A stretch of 64,000 nt of DNA from NCBI GenBank assembly GCA_027593235.1, contig JAQCIU010000001.1, positions 191,660-255,659 of the forward strand, read 5' to 3'. The stretch comes from Chloroflexota bacterium (GTDB lineage Bacteria; Chloroflexota; Dehalococcoidia; UBA2979). The notes beneath the pieces were generated by a model, which did no database searches, was not told where the DNA came from, and worked only from the letters and a program-made list of their open reading frames with translations. Both the position numbers and the translations under genes were made by a program. Positions 36,844 through 46,093 of this stretch are shown piece after piece; within the stretch, counting starts at the first letter, position 1; each line of letters begins with the position of its first letter.

Positions 36844-38685
36844 ATGGGGATGATGGGCGGCGGCGGGCGAAGAACCCGCGACGGCAGACCAGAGGGACCG
36901 AAGCGGAGCATTCTCTTCCGCGCGGCGGGTCGGTTCCGACCGTACCGCTGGCACTCGCTCGCCCTCGTGGTGCTCGTGTCGCTGACGGTGGGGCTCAGCC
37001 TCTTCTCGCTCACTGTGCTCGCCGGCCTCGTCGGGGAGATGACGAAGCCGGACGGTTCCAAATCGAACCTGACGCGGTTGTTCCTGACGTACGGCGGGCT
37101 GATCGCGCTCGGCGGGTTCCTCGGCGTGGCCGAGTCGTACGTGAATCAGCTCATCGGTCAGGGCGTGATGCACCGGCTGCGCACCGACCTGCACGATCAC
37201 CTGCAACGCGTATCCGTGCGCTTCTACACCTCGAACCGAACGGGCGAGATCCTGTCGCGTGTCGGTACCGACGTGAACGCGGTACAGGGCTCGGTCACCG
37301 GGACGTTCACCGAGTTCCTGACGAACATCCTGACACTGGTCATCGCCTTCGGGATCATGCTCTCGATCGAGTGGCGACTGGCGATCGCGACGCTGGTGAT
37401 CCTGCCGCTCTGGGTGCTGCCCACCGTGCGCGTTGGCCTGGTGATGCGACGGCTGATGCGCGAATGGCACGACGAGATGGGCGAGATGACCGCCCACCTG
37501 GAAGAGACGCTGTCCGTCTCCGGTTCGATGCTGGTGAAGTCGTTCGGGCGCGTTGATCACGAGCGCGAGCGATTTGCGCGGTCGAACGATTCGCTGCAGT
37601 CGTTGTCGATTCGCCGAATGATGGCCGGTCGCTGGTTCAACATGGGGACCGGCCTCTTTGGCGCGATCATTCCGGGCATCGCTTACTGGTACCTCGGCGG
37701 CAAGGTGCTGGACGGCGGGATCGGGGTCACCGAGGTGGTGGCTTTCGCGATGCTGGCTCAGCGTGTCTTTGGCCCATTCGCCAGTATCGCGCGAATCAAC
37801 ACGACGCTGCTCTCCTCGCTGGCGCTCTTCGAGCGGATCTTCGAGTACCTCGATCTGCCGGTCGAGGTCGAGGAGAAGGACGACGCGCAAACGCTGGAGC
37901 ACCCACGCGGCGCGCTGGCCTTCGATGCGGTGACCTTCGGCTACGTACCCGGCCGGAACGCGCTGGGGGATGTCACGTTCGAGGCGGCGCCGGGCTCGAT
38001 GCTGGCACTGGTCGGACCTTCGGGCGCGGGCAAGACGACCGTTACCTATCTGATTCAGCGCTTCTATGACCCGGTGTCGGGCGCGATTCGCCTCGATGGG
38101 CACGATCTCCGCGATCTGACGCTCGATTCGGTCAGCCGCACCGTCGGTGCGGTGATGCAGGACACCTATCTCTTCCACAGCTCGCTGATGGAGAACATCC
38201 GTTACGGACGGCTGGACGCGACCGACACCGAGGTGCGCGCCGCCGCCGATGCCGCGGGCCTGGAGGAGATGATCGACCGGCTCTCGGATGGCCTCGACAC
38301 CGTCGTCGGTGAGCGCGGCTACCGGCTGTCCGGTGGTGAGAAGCAGCGCGTGGCGATCGCGCGGGCGATCCTCAAGGATCCGCCGGTGCTGATCCTCGAT
38401 GAGGCGACCGCTTCGCTGGACTCACGCCTCGAGCGCGTGATCCGCGAGGCGATGGAGCAACTGGCGGCGGGCCGCACGACGGTCGTGATCGCGCACCGGC
38501 TCTCCACGGTGCTGAAGGCGGACCAGATCCTGGTGCTCGATCAGGGCCGCGTCGTGGAGCGCGGACGGCACGAGGAGCTGCTGGCCCTCGGTGGGTTGTA
38601 CGCCTCGCTGTACCGCGAGCAGTTCGAGGACGCGACACGCGCCGCCGCGGAGGCCGAGGCGGCTGGCGTGACCGGCGGCGACTAG
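36844..38685 (+). CDS. ABC transporter fused permease/ATPase (MsbA-like exporter)
   Basis: TM domain plus GPSGAGKTT, LSGGEKQR, LDEAT and IAHRLST; TAGGAT 6 nt before ATG. Confidence 0.94.
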   Translation: MGMMGGGGRRTRDGRPEGPKRSILFRAAGRFRPYRWHSLALVVLVSLTVGLSLFSLTVLAGLVGEMTKPDGSKSNLTRLFLTYGGLIALGGFLGVAESYVNQLIGQGVMHRLRTDLHDHLQRVSVRFYTSNRTGEILSRVGTDVNAVQGSVTGTFTEFLTNILTLVIAFGIMLSIEWRLAIATLVILPLWVLPTVRVGLVMRRLMREWHDEMGEMTAHLEETLSVSGSMLVKSFGRVDHERERFARSNDSLQSLSIRRMMAGRWFNMGTGLFGAIIPGIAYWYLGGKVLDGGIGVTEVVAFAMLAQRVFGPFASIARINTTLLSSLALFERIFEYLDLPVEVEEKDDAQTLEHPRGALAFDAVTFGYVPGRNALGDVTFEAAPGSMLALVGPSGAGKTTVTYLIQRFYDPVSGAIRLDGHDLRDLTLDSVSRTVGAVMQDTYLFHSSLMENIRYGRLDATDTEVRAAADAAGLEEMIDRLSDGLDTVVGERGYRLSGGEKQRVAIARAILKDPPVLILDEATASLDSRLERVIREAMEQLAAGRTTVVIAHRLSTVLKADQILVLDQGRVVERGRHEELLALGGLYASLYREQFEDATRAAAEAEAAGVTGGD

Positions 38686-38719
38686 CCGCGGTGCGTCGGC
38701 CGTTGGCCGGCCTCGAGGG

Positions 38720-40123
38720 CTACTCGATCACGAGGTAGTAGGCCCCGACATCCGTGAAGCGGACATCGGTCACGACGATCAGGTAGCGCCCGGCGGTGGG
38801 TGCGGTGAACGTGAACTCCGCGTCGGTGCCGAAGAGGCCACCGGCGCTGTCGTCGTCGTAGGCGAGCGATTCGTCCGCGTTGTCCGCGCTGTCGAGCGTG
38901 ACGTCCGGATCGATGTTCAGCGATTCGACGCGGACGGTGATCGTCTCACCATCGATCAGATCGATCTCGTACATGTCGATGTCAGCCGGGTAGTCGATGT
39001 TGCCGGCGAACACGCCACGACCGAGGCGACGCCCGTCATCCGCGTCGGCGAAGCGGGCGAGTCCCGGTGAACCGCTGATCTCGAATGCGCCGGGCCCGAT
39101 GTCGAACTGGTTTGCAACCACGATGAATGGCACGTCGAAGTCGATCTCGAAGTCGACCCTCTCCTCGCCGCCGACGGTGGTGTCCGCGGTGGTCAGGTAG
39201 ACGCCGGTGGCGTCATACACATCGAGGGCTGCGTCGTTGTCGCTGCTGACCGTGACTGAGACCGAGGTGCCGACGGGCCCGCGAACGACGAACGCCCGCT
39301 GGTCGTAGTAGTTAGCGAGGTCGAAGGTCAGCGGACCGCTGGTCGCGTCGCCGGAGAACCGGCGATCGCTGAACGCGTCCACCGATGTGCCGTCGATCAG
39401 CGCGTGCGCGCGCTCGTCGACGATCGGCGCTGCGAGCGCGAGACCGAAGGTATCGGCGAACTTGAAGCCGGAGAGCCCAACCACGGCCCCGTGATCGGAG
39501 ACGAGCGCGCCGCCGCTCTGCCCGCCGGTGATCGCGGCGTCGGTCTGCACGTAGGACAGCCCCGCGAGCGACCACTCGCGGAAGCGCGAGATGACCCCGC
39601 TGCTGATCGTCGGCTGCGGGAACGATTCCGTCTCGGCCGGGAAGCCGATCAGGAACACCTCACTGCCGGTGGAGAGCGCGGCGGGATCGGCGAACTGGAC
39701 CGGCGGGATGCCGTGCCCGGCGGGGAGCCGGATCACCGCGAGGTCTGCCATCAGATCCCAGGAGTAGACCTCGGCATTCAGGAACTCGGTGCCGTCGCTG
39801 AAGACGACGCGGACAGTGTCGAACGGCCAGACGACGTGGGCATTGCTGACCAGCTATTCCTCGGAGATGACCATGCCGCTGCCAGTGCCGGCCGGCGTTT
39901 CGATGAAGGCGATGGACGGCGAAACGGCGGCGAAGATCGCCTGCGGGGTCATCGCCGCGTCGGTTGCGGCGGCGGTGGCGACCGCGGTGCCCGTCGTCTG
40001 CGCGGTACCGGTGGCTTCCGAGGTCGCCTCGCCGGTCGCGGTGGCGGTGCCGTCGTCACCGCCGGTGCAGGCGGCGAACGCGAACGCGACAAGGATGGCA
40101 CAGGGCAGCAGCAGGCGACTCAT
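38720..40123 (-). pseudogene. Trypsin-like serine protease lipoprotein with PPC-like C-terminal domains, interrupted by one in-frame TAG (39854-39856)
   Basis: FAAC lipobox; GTGSGMVISEE*LVSNAHVV...ADLAV...GGQSGG; both ORF-track pieces lie in the same frame. Confidence 0.8.
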
Positions 40124-40217
40124 CAGGATCCTTCCTCAAGCCGGTCGCCCAATCGTCGGACAGCGGAGCCGTTGCCGCTAGCGAGAGGTAAGCAGAACCA
40201 CTCGATCGGTTGGCCGA

Positions 40218-40709
40218 CTAGCCGCCGTAGTTCAGGCCAAGCTCCTTCAACGTGAGCACGTCTGGCGCTTCATGGCGGAGGCCGACCTCGGTGACTTCGG
40301 CGATCACGACGGCGTGATCGCCCTTCTCGACGACCTCGACCAGCCGCAGGTCCGCCCAGGCCGGGGCGTCCGTGAGCACGGGCGCACCCGAGGGCGCGCG
40401 CTCTGTGGGGACCCGCGCGTTCTTCGTCACGAACTCATCGCCCTCAAGCGGTGCGTCGCCGAAGAAGGCGAAGGCGAGATCGCCTTGTCCGCTGCCGAGG
40501 AAGGACATCGCGAACGCGCCGCCGGCTTTGATGTTGGCGAGCGAGGCAGTGCCGTCCTTCACGCCGATCGCCAGGAGCGGCGGCTCAAAGGCCATCTGCG
40601 AGACCCAGTTCACGGTCCCAGCGCCGACGGAGTCGCCATCGATCGAGGTGAGGACATACGGGCCGTACGGAATCATGCGGAGAGTGGTCTTGCGGGCGGC
40701 GGCGTCCAT
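40218..40709 (-). CDS. Flavin reductase-like protein
   Basis: IPYGPYVLT, WVSQMAFEPP, GAPVL, GDH and C-terminal YGG. Confidence 0.9.
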   Translation of the reverse strand: MDAAARKTTLRMIPYGPYVLTSIDGDSVGAGTVNWVSQMAFEPPLLAIGVKDGTASLANIKAGGAFAMSFLGSGQGDLAFAFFGDAPLEGDEFVTKNARVPTERAPSGAPVLTDAPAWADLRLVEVVEKGDHAVVIAEVTEVGLRHEAPDVLTLKELGLNYGG

Positions 40710-40800
40710 GGACGCTCCTTTCGACGGGGTCACGGCGTGAGCATACCGACGGCCCGGTTGGCTGCGTGCCGCCGAGGTGCATCATCGTCGTGGGGGCGAC

Positions 40801-41403
40801 GTGACGGTCGAAACCTTCGAGCTGTTGGTATTGCTGTCGCTGATCGCGTTCACGATGAACGTGGTGCCGGTGCTCGGCCCACCGCTGTGGACAGTGGTGG
40901 CGCTGTTTGTCGTGCAGTTCGACGTGCCGCTGTTCCCGGCGACCATCACCTCCACCGCCGCTGGCGGGGGCGGCCGGATCGTGCTGGCGCTGATCTCGAG
41001 GCGCCTCGGTCGCCCGGTGATCCGCGCGCAGCAGCGCGACGTCGACGAGCTATCGGCGCTGTTGCAGCGGCACCGCCGCCGCCTGTTGCCCGCGGCGTTC
41101 GTCTATTCGGTGGCGCTGCCGACGAGCTGGATGTTCATCGCGGCGGGGATCGTGGGCTCGCCGCTGCGCGGGATCTACCTCGGCTACTGGTGGAGCCGCG
41201 CGGCGACAGACACCGTGCTGGTGCTGGGAGCGCGGACGGCGAGCGAGGAGCTGGTCCGCGACGCCTCACTGGGACCGGTGGCGCTGGTGATGCAAGGCGT
41301 GGGCATCCTGACCTTCTTGATCTTCCTGCGGGCGCCATGGGTGCGCTGGCTACACCGGGTCGTCGTCAAGAACGGCGGGGAGGATCCGACGACCGCAGTC
41401 TGA
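40801..41403 (+). CDS. Hypothetical membrane protein (VTT/DedA-like)
   Basis: Several TM helices; NVVPVLGPPLW motif. Confidence 0.65.
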   Translation: MTVETFELLVLLSLIAFTMNVVPVLGPPLWTVVALFVVQFDVPLFPATITSTAAGGGGRIVLALISRRLGRPVIRAQQRDVDELSALLQRHRRRLLPAAFVYSVALPTSWMFIAAGIVGSPLRGIYLGYWWSRAATDTVLVLGARTASEELVRDASLGPVALVMQGVGILTFLIFLRAPWVRWLHRVVVKNGGEDPTTAV

Positions 41404-41518
41404 CTGTCGTCACGCGCGAGGGCATGACGGACTGCGAACGTAGCCGCGATCGGGGTACATTCGCGCGGCGTCGAGCGCCGCGGAGCGCCGGCGACAGGCA
41501 CGACCGAGGGGGGTACCG

Positions 41519-42313
41519 ATGGTCCTCGAGAAATTCGAACTCAAGGGCAAGACCGCGATTATCACCGGCGCTGGCACCGGGCTGGGCCGCGCGATGGCGC
41601 TGGCCATGGCCGACGCCGGCGCTGACATCTACGGCGCAGCGCGCCGCCTCGAGCCGCTCGAGGAGACGAAGGCACTCGTCGAGGCGAAGGGCCGCCGGAT
41701 GGAGGTCGGGACGACCGACGTCACCGACACGGCCCAGGTCAACGCGATGGCCGCGGATGCGATCGCCAAGTTCGGCCGGATCGACATCCTCGTGAATAAC
41801 GCCGGCATCACCGACCGTGGGCGCGGCAAGACGTTTCCGGAGCTGGACGACGAGGACTGGCGCGTCGGCATCGACGTGAACCTCAGCAGCGCCTTCTACT
41901 GCTCGCGCGCCGTGGTGCCGCACTTCCTGGAGAACGGCGGCGGCAACATCATCAACCTCACCTCCGGGTGGGGCTTCCGAGGTGGCCGCAACAACTTCAT
42001 GTACTCGGTCGCCAAAGGCGGCGTCATCCAGCTCACGAAGGCGCTGGCGATGACCTACGCGCGCGAGAACATCCGCTGTACTTGCATCGCCCCCGGCTTG
42101 ATTCCGAAGGGTATCGAGGAGAATCGGCGCGACCAGATGAACGGCTTCCAGCCGGTCGGTCGTGTCGGCTGGCCGCGTGAGATGGGTCCGCTGGCCGTGT
42201 TCCTCGCCTCCGACGCGTCGGCGTACATGTCCGGCGAAACGGTGCTCCTCGATGGCGGTGCGATCGCGGGTGGCTTGCTGCCCGCCGGGTACGCGCCGGA
42301 AGCGGAAGGCTAG
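41519..42313 (+). CDS. SDR family oxidoreductase
   Basis: TGAGTGLG, NNAG, YSVAK. Confidence 0.93.
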   Translation: MVLEKFELKGKTAIITGAGTGLGRAMALAMADAGADIYGAARRLEPLEETKALVEAKGRRMEVGTTDVTDTAQVNAMAADAIAKFGRIDILVNNAGITDRGRGKTFPELDDEDWRVGIDVNLSSAFYCSRAVVPHFLENGGGNIINLTSGWGFRGGRNNFMYSVAKGGVIQLTKALAMTYARENIRCTCIAPGLIPKGIEENRRDQMNGFQPVGRVGWPREMGPLAVFLASDASAYMSGETVLLDGGAIAGGLLPAGYAPEAEG

Positions 42314-42317
42314 ACCG

Positions 42318-43148
42318 ATGGCAGTCCAGATCCCTGTTCCTCCGATGGACATCCCCGCCGACGAGTACGACAGCGGCGGCAACCCGTTCGACCTCAGCGG
42401 CCGGCACGCGCTCGTCACCGGCGCGACCGGCCCGCTTGGCCGCGCGCTCGCCGTTGGCCTGGCCGAGGCCGGCGCCGACGTCTCGCTGACTACGCTCGGC
42501 GACGATGCGACCGAGGAGCTTGCCGCCAGGAGCATCTCAGCGGCGGTGACCGCCCTCGGACGGCGGAGCGCGGTTCGTCGCGTCGACCTCACCGATCCCG
42601 CCGCTGTCGCGGCGGCGGTCGCGGGCATCGAGAGCGACGTCGCGCCGCTCGACATCCTCGTCAACGCGCAGCACGGCGCGAACATCAAGAGCGTGCTCAA
42701 GGCGAGCCTCGCCGACTGGCAGCGCGAACTCGATCGCAACGCCACCTCGGTCTTCGTCGCCACGCAGGCGGTTGGCAAGGGCATGGTCGAGCGCGGCTAC
42801 GGCCGCATCATCACCCTCGTCTCGATCCTCCACGACCGCGGCGTCCCGAACGCCGCGATCTACGGCGCGTCCCAGGGCGCGGTACTCGGCTTCACCAAGT
42901 CGCTGGGTCTCGAATGGGGCCGCAACGGCGTCACCGTGAACGCGCTGGGCCTCGGGTTCTACGACGACATCCCGGGCATCCAGAGCGACGAGGAGATCCA
43001 CGCGATCCTCGAGAAGTACATCCCGTTGCGGCGGCTCGGCAAGCCCGAGGATCTGCAGGGCGCGGTGGTGTACCTGTCCTCGGAGTTGGCGGCCTTCGTC
43101 GATAGCGAGTCGTTCGTGATCGACGGTGCGATTCAAGTGCACGCCTGA
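42318..43148 (+). CDS. Atypical SDR (YxxxQ)
   Basis: TGATGPLG, VNAQ, YGASQ and IPLRRLGKPEDL. Confidence 0.87.
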   Translation: MAVQIPVPPMDIPADEYDSGGNPFDLSGRHALVTGATGPLGRALAVGLAEAGADVSLTTLGDDATEELAARSISAAVTALGRRSAVRRVDLTDPAAVAAAVAGIESDVAPLDILVNAQHGANIKSVLKASLADWQRELDRNATSVFVATQAVGKGMVERGYGRIITLVSILHDRGVPNAAIYGASQGAVLGFTKSLGLEWGRNGVTVNALGLGFYDDIPGIQSDEEIHAILEKYIPLRRLGKPEDLQGAVVYLSSELAAFVDSESFVIDGAIQVHA

Positions 43149-44074
43149 TGTACGGCGTTGCGATTCAGTCCTCGAGCGGCCCGGCCTGCGTGGCCGAGAT
43201 CCAGCAGGCCGAGGCGGCCGGCGTCCAGGCGGCGTGGGCGACGATGGGCGGCGCCGGTGGCGTCGACATGTTGCCGGTGTTCGCCGTCGCGGCAGCGCAG
43301 ACGGAGCGCATCCTCCTCGGCAACTGCATCGTCCACACGTGGTCACGCCAACCGGTCGCCTTCGCTCAGGAGGCGATGGCGATCGAGGGCTTCGGGCCGG
43401 GGCGGTTCCGCCTCGGGATCGGGCCGACCACCCAGTTCTTCGTGGAGCGGATGTACGGCCAGCCGTACACCCGCCCGCTGACCAACCTGCGTGAGTACCT
43501 CACCGTGATCCGCGCGCTGCTGCACGAGGGTAGCGTCTCGTTCGAGGGCTTCCACGTCAGCGCGAAGGCGCGGATCAGTCCGCACGCGCCGGTGCCGGTA
43601 ATGGCCTCGGCGTTGCGCCCGAAGTCGTACGAGCTGTGCGGCGAACTGGCCGACGGTGCGATCTCGTGGATGAGCCCGCTCAAGTACCTGACGGAGACGG
43701 CCTTGCCCGCGTTGCAGGCGGGCGCCTCGGCGGCTGGTCGCGAAGCGCCACCGCTGGTCGCGCACGTGCCGATCGCGGTGACGACCGACCGCGAGGCCGC
43801 GCGCCAGATGGCTCGCGAGCAGCTCTCGATGTACGCCCGCGTCCCGAACTACCAGGGCATGTTCGCCGCCGCCGGCTACGAGGTGACCGACAGCTACACC
43901 GATCCGCTGCTCGACGACCTCGTCGTCTCGGGGACGGAAGCAGAGGTGGCCGCCGGTCTCCAGCGCTGGATCGGTGCCGGCATGGGCGAGGTGATCGCCC
44001 ACCCGCTGATCGGTCCGGATCGCGAGGGCTCACTGGCCGCGTCGTTCGCGGCGGTCGCGCGGGCGGCACGATAG
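43148..44074 (+). CDS. LLM-class (luciferase-like, probably F420-dependent) oxidoreductase
   Basis: TERILLG, GRFRLGIG, ALRPK and GELADG; TGATG overlap. Confidence 0.9.
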   Translation: MYGVAIQSSSGPACVAEIQQAEAAGVQAAWATMGGAGGVDMLPVFAVAAAQTERILLGNCIVHTWSRQPVAFAQEAMAIEGFGPGRFRLGIGPTTQFFVERMYGQPYTRPLTNLREYLTVIRALLHEGSVSFEGFHVSAKARISPHAPVPVMASALRPKSYELCGELADGAISWMSPLKYLTETALPALQAGASAAGREAPPLVAHVPIAVTTDREAARQMAREQLSMYARVPNYQGMFAAAGYEVTDSYTDPLLDDLVVSGTEAEVAAGLQRWIGAGMGEVIAHPLIGPDREGSLAASFAAVARAAR

Positions 44075-44077
44075 GCG

Positions 44078-44425
44078 GTGCGAACAGTCGTCGGGGCGGT
44101 CGCGATCCTCATGAGCGTCGCGCTCGCCGCCTGTGCCGCGGCGGCGGACACCTCGACGCCGGTGCCGGACGACGGCGGACCGCTGTTCGACGGGCGCAGT
44201 GCGGCCACGTACTACCGCGAAAACTGTTCGTCGTGCCACGGGTCGGACCGGGCGGGGCAGATTGGCCCCTCGCTCCGGCCGGAGGCGCTGACGAAAGATG
44301 ATTCGATCTACCTCGAAACGATCGCGAACGGTCGGTCGGGGACGGCGATGCCGGCCTGGCGCCGGTCCGGTCTCACCGATCGGGAGATCGAGGCGCTGGT
44401 CGAATTCCTGCACACGGAGCCGTAG
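44078..44425 (+). CDS. Monoheme cytochrome c lipoprotein
   Basis: LAAC lipobox, CSSCH, GPSL and distal Met in TAMPAW. Confidence 0.88.
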   Translation: MRTVVGAVAILMSVALAACAAAADTSTPVPDDGGPLFDGRSAATYYRENCSSCHGSDRAGQIGPSLRPEALTKDDSIYLETIANGRSGTAMPAWRRSGLTDREIEALVEFLHTEP

Positions 44426-44486
44426 CGGCTCCGAAACCGAGCGTCGGGCCTGTATTCTCAGGCCCGCTGAGAAGGGGAGGCCGCCG

Positions 44487-45794
44487 ATGAGCCGTTGGAG
44501 CGATGTCTACAAGGAGAAGCTGCGGACGCCGGACGAGGCAGCCGCGCTGATCCCCGACAATTCCTACGTCATGCAAGGCCTGGCGGTGAGCGAACCCCCG
44601 GCAATGCTGGAAGCGGTGGCGAACCGCGCGAAGGCCGGCGGGTACACCAGCCTGCGAATGACCAGCTTGCTGCCGATGGGCGCGAGCGCGCGCACGATCC
44701 TCAGCCCCGAGGTGCGCGACGTCATCCACTGGGAGTCGCTGTTCGCCAGCGGCGCCGACCGCGGCCTGATCACCGAGGGCCACGCGGTCTTCAATCCGGC
44801 CTACTTCCACCAGATCCCCCGCCTGATCACCGAGTTCATGGACATCAATGTCACGATGATGTGCGTGTCCCGGATCGACGAGCACGGCTACATGAGCCTC
44901 GGTACCAACGTCGACACGGCGAAGGCGTCGATCGCCAAAGCCGACGTCGTCATCCTCGAGGTCAACCAGAACATGCCGCGCGTGCACGGCGACTCCTGGG
45001 TGCACATCTCCGAGGCGACGGCGGTCGTTGAGCACGACGCACCGCTGAACGAGCTGCCCGTGCCGCCCGATCGCGACGAAGACATCGCGATGGGCAAGCT
45101 GATCTCGGAGATGATCCCGGACGGCGCCTGCATCCAGCTCGGTATCGGCGGCGTGCCCAACGCCGTCGCGAAGAGCCTGACCAACCACAAGAACCTCGGC
45201 ATTCACACCGAGATGTTCGTCGACTCGATGGTCGACCTCGTGGAGAACGGCGTCGCGAACGGGTCGCAGAAGAGCTTCCACCCGGGGAAGGCGCTCTATG
45301 CCTTCGCGGCAGGTTCGCGGCGGATGTACGAGTTCCTCGATGACAATCCGTACATCGAGGCGCACCCGGTCTCGTACACGAACTTCCCGCCCAACATCGC
45401 GAAGAACGACAACCTGATCTCGGTGAACTCGACGATCGAGATCGACCTGACGGGGCAGTGCGACTCCGAGTCGATGGGTCCGGCCCAGTTCAGCGGCACC
45501 GGCGGTCAACACGACTACGCCCGCGGCGCATTCGACTCAAAGGGCGGGAAGTCGATCATCGCCTTCTACTCGACGGCGAAGAGCGGCGAGGTGTCGCGCG
45601 TCGTGCCGATGCTCAAGCCCGGCGCGGTCGTGACCACGCCCCGCAACGAGGTGCACTACGTCGCCTCCGAGTACGGCGTGGCCTGCCTCAAGGGCATGAC
45701 CACCGCGGACCGCGCGAAGGCGCTGATCGGCCTCGCTCACCCCAAGTTCCGCGAGGAACTGACCGCCGAGGCACGCAAGCTGCGCTACCTCTAG
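44487..45794 (+). CDS. Acetyl-CoA hydrolase / 4-hydroxybutyrate CoA-transferase family
   Basis: EVNQNMPR, IQLGIGGVP, GIHTEM, SGTGGQ.D and AHPKFREEL. Confidence 0.93.
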   Translation: MSRWSDVYKEKLRTPDEAAALIPDNSYVMQGLAVSEPPAMLEAVANRAKAGGYTSLRMTSLLPMGASARTILSPEVRDVIHWESLFASGADRGLITEGHAVFNPAYFHQIPRLITEFMDINVTMMCVSRIDEHGYMSLGTNVDTAKASIAKADVVILEVNQNMPRVHGDSWVHISEATAVVEHDAPLNELPVPPDRDEDIAMGKLISEMIPDGACIQLGIGGVPNAVAKSLTNHKNLGIHTEMFVDSMVDLVENGVANGSQKSFHPGKALYAFAAGSRRMYEFLDDNPYIEAHPVSYTNFPPNIAKNDNLISVNSTIEIDLTGQCDSESMGPAQFSGTGGQHDYARGAFDSKGGKSIIAFYSTAKSGEVSRVVPMLKPGAVVTTPRNEVHYVASEYGVACLKGMTTADRAKALIGLAHPKFREELTAEARKLRYL

Positions 45795-46026
45795 CGCGAC
45801 GTGCTCCCGGCGCTGGCCCGGGGCACGCGAGGTGTCGTCTAGACGTCCGGGCAGCCTGCATTCGCGCCAAACTGCGGCGGACACGCTGTTCCGGATGACG
45901 CCAATGGCAATCCTGCTGGCGTCGCCGTGTCCGCCAACTGGTCGACGCCGACGGGGACGGGTGCCGTGACCGATCGAACGGCCGCGGTTCGCGCAGTTCC
46001 TTGACATCGAGGGTGGAATCGGTCCT

Positions 46027-46043
46027 CTAGAATTTTGTTCTAG
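46027..46043. promoter_or_regulatory. Dyad CTAGAA-N5-TTCTAG overlapping a TAGAAT -10 (probable TetR operator)
   Basis: AT-rich palindrome 50 nt upstream of the MFS gene. Confidence 0.6.
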
Positions 46044-46093
46044 TACGGATCGTCCACAGATCCGCTGAACCGCGCGGCGACAGGAATCGACAG

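Noticed and set aside
39854-39856. Pyrrolysine recoding of the amber codon
   Set aside because: No pyl genes in the window, TAG is a common normal stop here, and the site is not catalytic.
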